Shown here: positions 29,807-39,972 of the stretch, piece after piece
How the letters are laid out: the number at the start of each line of letters is the position of its first letter
How positions within the stretch are numbered: position 1 is the stretch's first letter
Assembly (NCBI GenBank): GCA_020184695.1
Contig: JAANOX010000161.1
Coordinates: 2,089 to 66,088, forward strand
Direction: 5' to 3'
Source of the DNA: Histomonas meleagridis 2922-C6/04-290x
Taxonomy: Eukaryota > Protista > Parabasalia
DNA: 64,000 nucleotides
The notes under the pieces: generated by a model
Database searches by the model: none
Seen by the model: the letters and a program-made list of their open reading frames with translations, nothing else
What the model was told of the DNA's origin: nothing
Translations under genes and position numbers: made by a program

Positions 29807-31930
29807 TTATTTCCTCTTCAATATTTTATCTATTTGGGAAATCAAATTCTGACATAAATTATTAGATAGAATGTACAAATTTTTATATGGCACTGGATCA
29901 TAATTCTGTAGTATTACCTTCATTGCAGCCAATGGTACGTCTCTATATTTTGTTAAGAAGTTCGAATCACTTGTTAATGCCACAAGCTGATTACTCAATA
30001 ACAACTGAAACATTTTTTGAATTCCATTCAAGCATCTTTTTGCAGATGGTAATGCTATAAATCCAGACCAACTACCGAAATAAGATACATTTTGTAATGC
30101 GTTATCAATCAATTGGGGTGTCCAAGAAAAGTGACTTTCGGTTATAACGTTCACAATTCTATCGGCGATCGACTTCACAACTTTTTGAACCAAACCGTCA
30201 AACCGCTCTTCTTTGAGTACCTGTTTCAAGTACAACGACTTCGACTCAAGGAACATTACAAGCTCAATCGCGAAGTTGTGTGGAGGGTCTCCCTTTGCCA
30301 TCATTTTGAATGAGTATGTATCAATCATTTGATCAATAAATTCCTTAAACATCGAATTCAAAAGCTCGATCATATCATCTGTAGTCTTTTTGAAATGAGC
30401 AATTATCTCATTTCTTTTAGCTTTAGAAGAAGAGAAGCTTCTTTTAGCTATCATGTTTTCGAAGTAAGGAATACATTTCGGAAACACCATTATACTTGAT
30501 GTTAACATTGCACAATTTTGCATTGAAGAATCTTTCACTGCAATTTGATAAATATGTGTAGCACAAGATTTCACATACGCACAAAACAGTTCCACAACCT
30601 TATTATTATTAGTGTTCCCATAAAAGTTCATTGCGTTATTGATGTACTTTTCCATGGCTTCACAGGCTTTGGGCACCCCGGGGATGAACGGTAATTCGAA
30701 TGGAAATTCTGTTGGCGGTTCGACGAACTCATAGCGTTCAATTTCTTTGAATTCAGCGGGAGTTTTAACGGTCATAAAATCTGCGGCGTTATCGTCTATC
30801 AATTTGTAAATAACCGCTTTTCCTTGTTTCTCCATTTGCTTTCTAAAGCTTTCAGAATGGTTGTTTTGGAAGTCATATAAGCCTTGACAACTAACGGAGC
30901 ATTGGCTCATTTTTTCAGCAAACAATTGGATTTCTTGGGATGCCATTATTAGGTTATCATAACCTGTTTGTGAAGGAAATACTAAAGTACCTATTGTTAA
31001 CTTGATTTGATTAATCATATCTTTCCACTTGTCATCAAGAGCAGATTGTGGGATCAAAAAGAAGCCATCACTTGTAATTTTATATTCAGTATAGAAAAAT
31101 CCGGCAATATGTGAAAACAAAAATCGTATTTGCTCTTTCGGAGTATATTCTTTTGGTGGCTTAATGTTAAAGATGAGGTCAAGTTGCTTAAAACGACGTT
31201 GTGTGTATAATTCGCATAAAGATGACAACTTGCCTAATTGCTTTTCAACCATGTAATACTCATATACGCGGTTGTTGGGGAATTTAGGCATCTCTGTGCC
31301 GTATAAAAATGATGAGCCAATGTCTTTGCAAACATTTCGAAAATCTGTCATCCAACTAATCATGTCCTTTTCAGCTTCAGCTTCAATGGATGCAATTATC
31401 GGCTCAATGTCTCGTAGATATGATTGAATAACAGAGCTGGATGAAATTCGAGAATCATAATCAGAAAGTTCAAGAAGTCTATAAATAGCTACATAATAAC
31501 ATTTCTCACGGATAAGGACATTGATGTTATCTAGTAATTGGAAGAAAATTAAACATTCATGAATTCCTGACAATTTCGTATCAATGATGTTGATGTCTTC
31601 ACGTGCTTTGACAGTGCTCTGAAGTTGTTGCTCATAATTGTCAATGGCATTGTTAATGGATTTGGAGATTTCATTAACTTCATTTTGTAGATTGTTAGCA
31701 CGAATTCCAAGAGCTTGGGCACCTTCAATACTACGGGAAAATGTAAGAGAATGTTCACCACACATTGCAGAAATATCAAGATTTTTTTTAGCAATAAATG
31801 CTCGAAGATCTTCTAAAAACTTATCAATGTTTTCATTGGTTAAAACAGAGGAAACAAGTGCATCTGTATCGGTGCTAAGTCGAGATTCCATGGCAGCTGC
31901 TTGTTCTTCTTGTGTTTGTTGGCTTTTCAT
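29807..31930 (-). CDS. SEC15: Exocyst subunit Sec15 (EXOC6)
   Basis: N-terminal coiled coil, YTQRRFKQL, IAGFFYTE and FPFELPFIPGVP correspond to Sec15 conserved blocks; ATG 31930. Confidence 0.75.
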   Translation of the reverse strand: MKSQQTQEEQAAAMESRLSTDTDALVSSVLTNENIDKFLEDLRAFIAKKNLDISAMCGEHSLTFSRSIEGAQALGIRANNLQNEVNEISKSINNAIDNYEQQLQSTVKAREDINIIDTKLSGIHECLIFFQLLDNINVLIREKCYYVAIYRLLELSDYDSRISSSSVIQSYLRDIEPIIASIEAEAEKDMISWMTDFRNVCKDIGSSFLYGTEMPKFPNNRVYEYYMVEKQLGKLSSLCELYTQRRFKQLDLIFNIKPPKEYTPKEQIRFLFSHIAGFFYTEYKITSDGFFLIPQSALDDKWKDMINQIKLTIGTLVFPSQTGYDNLIMASQEIQLFAEKMSQCSVSCQGLYDFQNNHSESFRKQMEKQGKAVIYKLIDDNAADFMTVKTPAEFKEIERYEFVEPPTEFPFELPFIPGVPKACEAMEKYINNAMNFYGNTNNNKVVELFCAYVKSCATHIYQIAVKDSSMQNCAMLTSSIMVFPKCIPYFENMIAKRSFSSSKAKRNEIIAHFKKTTDDMIELLNSMFKEFIDQMIDTYSFKMMAKGDPPHNFAIELVMFLESKSLYLKQVLKEERFDGLVQKVVKSIADRIVNVITESHFSWTPQLIDNALQNVSYFGSWSGFIALPSAKRCLNGIQKMFQLLLSNQLVALTSDSNFLTKYRDVPLAAMKVILQNYDPVPYKNLYILSNNLCQNLISQIDKILKRK

Positions 31931-32245
31931 AATTTTCGGAATAAAAAGTGGCAATTTATTTGATTTTGGTAAAAACCTTTAAAGAAAACATGTATTCGTA
32001 TCATATTCGTGAATGATACCAAAAATCTAGAACTTTTAAAGATGATATTACTCGAGTAACTGTTATCACAGATATTTTTCATAAATTTTTAACTATTTGC
32101 TATTTTAAGTGTAACTGGAGGTCCTAAGCACAATATAACTTTTACCTGAATTCTTTAATGGTCCATTAAATTTAGATATAAGTTGTATTGCAGTAAGCAT
32201 TTCTCACTTCCAAAAAATATGGTTTACCAAAATAATTGATAAAAA

Positions 32246-32319
32246 AGCCACCGGCGGGACTCGAACCCGCAACCCCAAGATTAAGAGTCTTATGCTCTAG
32301 CCGATTGAGCTACGAAGGC
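32246..32319 (-). tRNA. tRNA-Lys (CTT), with a U-U mismatch in the acceptor stem
   Basis: Cloverleaf gccttcg...taaga-ctCTTaa-tcttg...gggttcgagtccc...cggtggc followed by a T-run terminator. Confidence 0.92.
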
Positions 32320-32779
32320 ACCTGTTTTATTTTCAAGTAATTTATTAAAATACAAAAAAATTAAAATTGGAATCAAATGCTAATTCGCAAATTAGCTAAA
32401 TCTACCTAAATGTATACATTTGCAAGAAAATTTGCAAAATTCTATTTTTATGTGAAATATTGCTTCAATGATTAGAAATGTGACAAAAGAAGCTTTAAAT
32501 TTAAAAAACATCTTTTATAATCTGTACGAGCCGAGGTTAGCAATTTCCATTTAATTAGATTAAAATATAAAATGAATTCGAAAATTCACTTAATTTTTAA
32601 TTAAGAATGCATTTTTAGAATTTTTTCTTATTATTTGAAACTAAACCTTTAAATGAAACAAAAAATTTTGAATTAGAAATTACTAAATTACTTCTTAAAC
32701 GAAAAGAAAGTAAGTTTAATATGAAAAATCTTTATTTATTTCATTAGGAATTTCCAAAATACATTTAAGAAAACAAATT

Positions 32780-34040
32780 TGAAAATGGGTTTGAAGGGAA
32801 ATATAATGAATCTGATTCAATTATTTCATTATCAAATGGAGAATGAAATGAAGATAAAAGAAGTTTTTTACTAATTCAAATATTAAAAAAGCTTGAAGAA
32901 CAAGAACAAGAAAATGAAGAAATACGAAATGAAATTAAAGAATTCGTAAAAAGTAAAACTGACTTAAAGAAAGAAAATGAAGAAATTCGAAATGAAATTA
33001 AAGAATTAAGAAATGTAATAAACAATGATAGAAGAAAAAAAGAACTAAAAAAGCAATTATATCTAAAGCAAAATGGTGTTGACATTGCACATATTAACAA
33101 AATAGATACAAATAGTATTGACTTTTATTTTTTGTTGATTTTCTGCTTAAAATATTTATTGAAAACATTTATGACAGCACTTATTAATGCATCTTGGAAA
33201 GGTCAAACAAAAATGGTAAAAATACTTCTTGAACAAGAAGGAATTGATAATAATGCTAAAGATAAAATTTATTTTAATAATTCCATATTTAAAAGTAATA
33301 TTTGGAAATTATTTAAGTTATTTAATAAAGCACTTATTCATGCATCTGTAAAAGGTCATACAGAAATAGTTAAATTACTTCTTGAACAAGAAGGAATTGA
33401 TATTAATGCTAAAGATATTTATTTGTAGAATTTGAAATTTATTTTAATAATTTCTAATTTCAAAATAATATTTGGAAATTATTTAAATTATTTGAAACAG
33501 CACTTATGAGAGCATCTTGGAATGGTCATACAGAAATAGTTAAATTACTTCTTGAACAAGAAGGAATTGATATTAATAATAAAGATAAAATTTATTTTAA
33601 TAATTTGATATTTCAAAATAATATTTGGAAATTATTTAAATTATTTCAAACAGCACTTATGATTGCATCTTGGAATGGTCATACAGAAATAGTTAAATTA
33701 CTTCTTGAAAAAGAAGGAATTGATATTAATACTAAAGATGTTTATTTGTATTATTTAATATTTATTTTAATAATTTGATATTTCAAAACAATATTTGGAA
33801 ATTATTTATATTATTTCGAACAGCACTTATGAAAGCATCTTATAAAGGTCATACAGAAATAGTTAAATTACTTCTTGAACAAGAAGGAATTGATATTTAT
33901 GCTAAAGATATTTATTTGTTTTATATTATATTTGTTTTAATAATTTGATATTTCAAAATAATATTTGGAAATTATTTAAATTTTTTAAAACAGCACTTAT
34001 GAAAGCATATTTAAATGGTCATTCAGAAATAGTTAAATTA
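32780..34040 (+). pseudogene. Coiled-coil + ankyrin array gene (six repeats) with a premature stop upstream
   Basis: Frame FENGFEGKYNE...GE* continues as a coiled coil into the ankyrin repeats. cactt anchors at 33178, 33331, 33501, 33654, 33824 and 33994 (periods 153, 170, 153, 170, 170). Confidence 0.75.
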
Positions 34041-34329
34041 TATAATCTTTATCATTGAAATATTTTTTTTTTAATTAATATCAATAAATAAAAAAATTAT
34101 AATTCAGTTTAATGGGTCAATAAAAATATTCGACTTTTGATAAGGAATCAAAATCATTTCAAAAAGTGAAGATTGGCAAAATATTTTTTTCGGGGGGTCT
34201 GATACAAGGAGCACTCTATTTGAATGATAAAATATTTAAAATTTTGATTTAGTTTATTATAAAAATTATACCGATTATTGCATTCCAGTATTTTTCTTAA
34301 ATCCATTTTTTATAGAGAATCCTTTTATA

Positions 34330-35110
34330 AAATTAAATGTAATTTTTTTGAGTATTGGATTTAGTAAGTATTAGTATTACTAATCCAATAAATATACGAA
34401 ATATTCTAGATGATTTGCTGTTCGTGTACATAACTTAGAGAGTATTATATGCCTTCTATTCATCAGACCAAATTTCTGAATTAGGTTTCACTGTTGCACA
34501 AATAATTGGAATGAGAACTTATTTCAATATATTATCGTAAATCTCTGCAGCAACTCACATTCTTTTACTGTCCATTTGATCCAAAACCCGAATTTCTTCT
34601 CTTTCCAATGCACTTCCTTCGTTGTATTCAGAACCGAAAGAATGACTTTCATCAATTTCGACTATTCCATCATCAATTAAATTTTGAGCTATATCTTTTA
34701 GATATTCTTTTTCTGCAATAGATAGAAAAGTTTGAAACCATGTAATTACTGATCGTTTACATACACATGTTTTTTAATATTGTCGTTCTTATATCAAAAC
34801 CTTCTTCCCAACACGCTAAAATGTGAACAAATCTTCTTAATTATAGTTTTGATTGTGATACCCATGGATCCAATCCAATTGATTTTGAATTTCTCCATGG
34901 AGAAGTAATTATTTGAGCAGCATCTATATATAGAACCATCAGGATTGACACACCGAACATATTTGATTTGGTGAATATCAGGAATGATTCCCTATACAGG
35001 GGCCCATTTGATTAAGCTTTTGTCATTGTATTATAACACTTGCTTAATGGTTTCGAATTGCGATGGCAAATTCTTTGCTTTACTCCAACCCAAAGTTAGA
35101 ACTAGATTTT
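34330..35110 (-). mobile_element. Decayed IS1595/ISXO2-like (Merlin-type) DDE transposase
   Basis: Minus-strand reading gives GIVEIDESHSFGSEYNEG..LERE (34668 onward) and LIPIICATVKPNSEIWSDE*KAYNTL (WSDE at 34470-34459), then SNTQ. Multiple stops and frameshifts; no TIRs found. Confidence 0.8.
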
Positions 35111-35336
35111 ATTATTCTCGATATATGTTTGTTTGAAAATTAATAAGTAATTCGAAAAATTATAACCAAAAAACATGTTGGATACGGCGCACAGAATAAA
35201 TCTTAAACTCCAATTATTGTGATAAAATTGATTTTTATAGCTATTTCAATACATTGTAAATATAAATATCACAAATATTTTTGAGAGCGATATCGTATAA
35301 TTTTGAGAACTGAATTTTCTGGTTAACAATCACTTC

Positions 35337-36848
35337 ATGCAAGATGAAACAGGGAAGCCAATAGAACCTAAAGATATCGCTTCCATGCTTACCGACACCA
35401 CCATACAACAAAAGTATCATATCCAGGTTCCAAGTTATACAAAATTATTATGTGAATCTTTAAGGCCAATTTGTAAAATATTTGTAAAAACAGATAATAC
35501 AGAAATTATCAGAGCTGTTAATTATTTTTTCGGGTCAGCAAATACAGCTCTTCTTGATTCACTTGCGAATTCCCCAAAAGATATGAAAATTATTTTCAAA
35601 ATTTTTCATAAGCATAAACAGCCAAATATATATAAAATAGGAACAGCTTCAAATATTTTATCAATTTCTATAACTAAAAATCCAATCAAAGTCATTAATA
35701 CAATGTGTAATTCACATTTTTTTTTTGTCGATCTTCTTAAATATTTCCAAATTCCATCAATTTGCAATCTCATTACAGAAATTATCAATTCAATAAAAGA
35801 TCATTCACCGATTTTTATTTGGGGATATTTCTTAGCATTAACATCTACAAGCGAAAAACATTATTATCCTCCATCGGAATACAATACTAACTCTTTACTT
35901 CTTGAAGAATGTTCTAAAGCAAATCCAAACAAGTCACAAAGAATTCTATTATATCGTATCTTCAAAGTATATTTTACTTTATTTCCAATTAAACACGAAC
36001 TCAAAAACGACTTCATTGACTTCGTTTCTTCAAATATAAAAAATGTTTCAGATATTGAAGAAATTGGGGAAATCATGAATACATCAATTTCTCTTCCTCC
36101 AAACAAACAACTGGTTAATGCCGCATTAGAAAATGTACGTAATTCGTGTATTAATAACCAAGCAGTAGAGAAATCAATATTATATTTAACACACTGCACG
36201 AAAATCTTGGAAATCGGCGAAATCATCAATGTATTTTATGTTTTGTTTCGTTATTATGATCCGAATAATCATGATCCTCAAAAGACGCCACCAACAAATT
36301 TTATATTAATTACAGCGGGAAGTCTTTTTGAAGAAACCATTATAAGCCACGCATACGTGTCGTTTTTTATTGTTGCGATGCAGCATTTGATCGCTTATTT
36401 CTGGAATATCAAAGAAGCAAAAGAAAACCTTTTGATTCGATCGTTCCTTTTGGAGTGCTCCGTATCTTTGAATACGATTTCATCGTTCCCGGGGTGGTTC
36501 AAATTTTCAAAGGAAGTTTTGTTTCACTTCACTAAGGGATTTCAGTATCCAATCGAATTTGTTTTTAATGTCAATGGCTGGGACGAAAAATTGATCACGG
36601 AAATAATATCTGGAAAAATAGACTTAGATCCAAAAACTGCTCAATTCTTTCTGAAATCAGGAATGTCAAATGAAAGCTTTGACATTCCAGAAAAGAGATT
36701 AAGAATAAATCATAACTCACACGCTGGAGTCAAGAGTACAGATCAAATTCCTATGGTTAATATTAGGCAAAGGAAAGAAAGTTACCCTTTTAAAAAGGAA
36801 GAAAAAAAACAAAAGAAAGAAGAAAAACAATCATGCATGATAAGCTGA
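35337..36848 (+). CDS. Hypothetical alpha-helical protein
   Basis: 503-aa ORF preceded by an Inr-like TCACTT (aatcacttcATG); no family recognised with confidence. Confidence 0.75.
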   Translation: MQDETGKPIEPKDIASMLTDTTIQQKYHIQVPSYTKLLCESLRPICKIFVKTDNTEIIRAVNYFFGSANTALLDSLANSPKDMKIIFKIFHKHKQPNIYKIGTASNILSISITKNPIKVINTMCNSHFFFVDLLKYFQIPSICNLITEIINSIKDHSPIFIWGYFLALTSTSEKHYYPPSEYNTNSLLLEECSKANPNKSQRILLYRIFKVYFTLFPIKHELKNDFIDFVSSNIKNVSDIEEIGEIMNTSISLPPNKQLVNAALENVRNSCINNQAVEKSILYLTHCTKILEIGEIINVFYVLFRYYDPNNHDPQKTPPTNFILITAGSLFEETIISHAYVSFFIVAMQHLIAYFWNIKEAKENLLIRSFLLECSVSLNTISSFPGWFKFSKEVLFHFTKGFQYPIEFVFNVNGWDEKLITEIISGKIDLDPKTAQFFLKSGMSNESFDIPEKRLRINHNSHAGVKSTDQIPMVNIRQRKESYPFKKEEKKQKKEEKQSCMIS

Positions 36849-37032
36849 ATTTCCAACTTATTTATTATAGATTTAAAATGTTTGTTTATTGATTTAAATT
36901 TTTATACAAATTTTTGTTAAGAAAAATGAGAATAGGGAAAACCGTTGGCGGCCGTTAACAGCGAACGTTTAAAATAGAGTACGTTAAATTAACGGTCGTG
37001 GAAAATGGTGATTGAAAAAATGGTGTAAATGT

Positions 37033-37755
37033 TTATTGGTTTTCTTCATTTGATTTGGTCCATAGTGAAATATTTTCACGAAGAAACTGAAGAATCGAAA
37101 CTGCTTCGTTGATCTGAGCTTCACTATTTTGTTCAATTAAGATCGACGTTTCCTGTTCTGTTTTTGTTGCTAAATCAATAGCTTCTTGCCGCTTCTGAGC
37201 AACATCGTATAAGAATACAGAGTAATTTAAAACAACTCCAAGAAAAGATGGACTGTATTTCGGAAGTTCAGCCTGGGCGAGTTGGAAAGCTTTTTCATAG
37301 TTTTCTTGTGCCTTCTGTGATGATTCTTCTTTCTCCTCGCCTTCCTTAGCTTCAGATATGTAACGGTAATAATCTGCTTTTAATTTGTAATAAAAAACTT
37401 TGGCTTCAACATCTTTGGCTGATGGGAGAAGCTTATTGTCAACAATACTGATGAGCTCTTGACAATATTGTTCTAATTCTTGAATTATGTTCTGTTTAAA
37501 AATATTGAGCTGATTAACTCTCGCTTCCGAGCTTTGAGTTTCCTGAAAACCAATAATCTCTGTAAGGTTTTGTAAGCTGTTTCGAGAAATATTAATTGCT
37601 CGTTTATAAGAAACTGATAACAAGTTTCTTTCATCTGCAGTTAGCTCTGGATTAAGTTCTACAACATGTTTCATTAATTCAATCATATCTTTGTAACAAC
37701 TTGTTTGATCTAAAATTTGAACCATATGAAGATCAGCATCTCTTTCTGATATCAT
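37033..37755 (-). CDS. 14-3-3 family protein
   Basis: ELTADERNLLSVSYK, KVFYYKLKADYYRY, LGVVLNYSVFLY and LRENISLW motifs; ATG 37755. Confidence 0.95.
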   Translation of the reverse strand: MISERDADLHMVQILDQTSCYKDMIELMKHVVELNPELTADERNLLSVSYKRAINISRNSLQNLTEIIGFQETQSSEARVNQLNIFKQNIIQELEQYCQELISIVDNKLLPSAKDVEAKVFYYKLKADYYRYISEAKEGEEKEESSQKAQENYEKAFQLAQAELPKYSPSFLGVVLNYSVFLYDVAQKRQEAIDLATKTEQETSILIEQNSEAQINEAVSILQFLRENISLWTKSNEENQ

Positions 37756-37836
37756 TTGTTTTCTTGATTGAATTATCAAGCAAACATAGTCAATACCAGG
37801 CGGTTTTTTGCCGTTTAAGATTTTTCAAATGCTTCA

Positions 37837-39561
37837 ATGAAAATTATGCAAAAAAATGATAGCCAATTGGTAAGGGCAACTGAAACAATTGCAAGCCCTT
37901 CCCATGTACTTAGAGAACTTATTGAAAATAGTCTTGACGCTCAAAGCAAAATTATTAATATACAGATTTCTGGAACAGGTTTAGAATTTATAACAGTATC
38001 AGATAATGGTCTTGGAATAGATAGGGAAAGTATGGATATTTTATGTTTGGAAGGTGCAACATCAAAAGAGTTTGGAAAAGATTATAATAGTGGAGGTCGT
38101 GGAAAAGCACTTGATGCTATTTCATCTTTATCTTATGTAACAATTGAAAGCAGTTCAAATGATGATGGATATGGATATCGTTTATCGTTTTCTGAAAGTG
38201 GTGAAAGAATTATTCAACCAATCTCACGCACAAGAGGCACAACAATTATTGTCCAATCTTTATTTTATAACTATCCTGTTAGAAGGAGATTTTGGCTTGA
38301 ACACAAACAAAAACTATCTCAAGAAATACAAGAAGTTTCAATTCTTTTTGCAGTTTCATCAGATATCAGAATTTCATTAACATTAGACTCAAAGCCAATC
38401 TTGCAATTATCCAATAGAACGCGCTTTCAAAAAATTAAAGATGTATTAGGTCAATCGATATCAAACGGATTAATTGAAGGAAGTTCACCCTTACACTTAT
38501 GGAATGATGATTCTTCAATTGATTATTATACTTCAACTCCTACAACACCGTCAAATGGAAAAGTCAATATTTTTGTAAATGGACGTCCATGTGTAAATTT
38601 GCCCATTATCAAAGCATTGAAACAAGAATTTCGTCTTTGTGCAGGTCCTAAGAATCCCTCTATTTTTCTTTTCATTAATGCAGATCGATCATTATATGAC
38701 TTTACACCAGATTCGCCGTTAATAGGCGTCACTTTTTCAAATGAAATGATTCTCCAAAAGTGCCTTTGTGAAATTTTTCGTAATGTATGGAAATCAACAT
38801 CTGAAACTTTAACGTTCAAAGACCTAAAAAGCAAACCCATTGAAACCATACCAAAACCGCCAACTCCTCTGAAATCCACTTCACAAAACATATCAGGAGC
38901 TACAACCACAACAAACATTACTACTGAACAAATTTGTTCACAATTTCTACAAATGCGTGATTATTCCCCAGCTGGATATCCTCCTACACCTGAAATTAAT
39001 ACCACTGCATTTCGAGATATGGAAATTATTGGGCAATGGAATAAATCATTTATCATAACCAAAATCGGAAATGATATTTTTGCCATTGATCAACATGCAG
39101 CTAATGAAGCAGCTAATTTTGAGAAACTTCGCAAACAAAAGACAAATGATCGACAAGTTTTACTTGAGCCTATTTTTGTTCCACTTACACCAGATGACTT
39201 AGAGAATGCGTTCACGCATCAAAAACAATGTAATCAATTTGGATTTGATTATAATATTTTGGATAATGGAATCGAAGTGAAATCGGTTCCAATGGATAAA
39301 AATGTCGTAAATGGAATTGAGGACTTACAAGAACTAATTGGACTTATAAATGACGTTCCTTATTCAACGCCAATGACATTTAATGCAAGGTCACAACTCG
39401 CTTACCACGCATGCCACTCATCAGTAAGAGTTGGCGACGCTTTGTCTCATAGGCAAATGAGAAAGTTGTTGGAAAAAATGGCAAGCAGCGATTACCCATG
39501 GAATTGTCCGCATGGAAGACCAACTTGGTGTTTGATATATAGCTTGAGCGAAAGAGAATAA
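37837..39561 (+). CDS. PMS2: MutL-family mismatch-repair endonuclease (PMS2/yeast PMS1 type)
   Basis: RELIENSLDA, DNGLG and RGTT in the GHKL domain; DQHAANEAANFE, ACH and CPHGRP endonuclease motifs. Confidence 0.92.
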   Translation: MKIMQKNDSQLVRATETIASPSHVLRELIENSLDAQSKIINIQISGTGLEFITVSDNGLGIDRESMDILCLEGATSKEFGKDYNSGGRGKALDAISSLSYVTIESSSNDDGYGYRLSFSESGERIIQPISRTRGTTIIVQSLFYNYPVRRRFWLEHKQKLSQEIQEVSILFAVSSDIRISLTLDSKPILQLSNRTRFQKIKDVLGQSISNGLIEGSSPLHLWNDDSSIDYYTSTPTTPSNGKVNIFVNGRPCVNLPIIKALKQEFRLCAGPKNPSIFLFINADRSLYDFTPDSPLIGVTFSNEMILQKCLCEIFRNVWKSTSETLTFKDLKSKPIETIPKPPTPLKSTSQNISGATTTTNITTEQICSQFLQMRDYSPAGYPPTPEINTTAFRDMEIIGQWNKSFIITKIGNDIFAIDQHAANEAANFEKLRKQKTNDRQVLLEPIFVPLTPDDLENAFTHQKQCNQFGFDYNILDNGIEVKSVPMDKNVVNGIEDLQELIGLINDVPYSTPMTFNARSQLAYHACHSSVRVGDALSHRQMRKLLEKMASSDYPWNCPHGRPTWCLIYSLSERE

Positions 39562-39972
39562 GAATTAAAAATTGTTATAAACTATTTTTAAATAGATTTG
39601 AATCATATTTTGCATATTGGAATTTCAAAAAAATTTATTTTGAGGTTTAGTACTAAATTATTTTTTTCTTGGTAATGAAAATGATATCATTTGTTCTCTT
39701 TAAAGCTTATCCATTGTTCACATTGTTATTGAAGGTTTTAAACTATAATGATTCAAATGCTCCATTTTATGTTGTTGTTGTTGAATGTCCTATATCTTTG
39801 CCAACTCTCTACGAGGCTAGATAAAACAAAAAACCTAATTTCGAAATATTTCAGTACATGGTAGATGATCGGTGTCACCCAAATATGGCAACAAACTTAG
39901 TTTAAACTGAACAATAAGATCTTGGAAATTTGCTTTACATGAATTCAATTAGAAAGTAGCACTTTTGTACTT

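Noticed and set aside
33331-34000. Canonical GT-AG introns ending at ACAG|CACTT in the ankyrin spacers
   Set aside because: The AG comes from the Thr-Ala codons and is absent in many older units. The matching 5' site is usually AT, not GT. The internal GT (ttGTtttat) joined to this AG gives a frameshift.
34100-35330. Terminal inverted repeats for the Merlin-like fossil (candidates gggtcaat, ggggggtctg, ggagcactc)
   Set aside because: No reverse-complement partner was found on the other side of the transposase.
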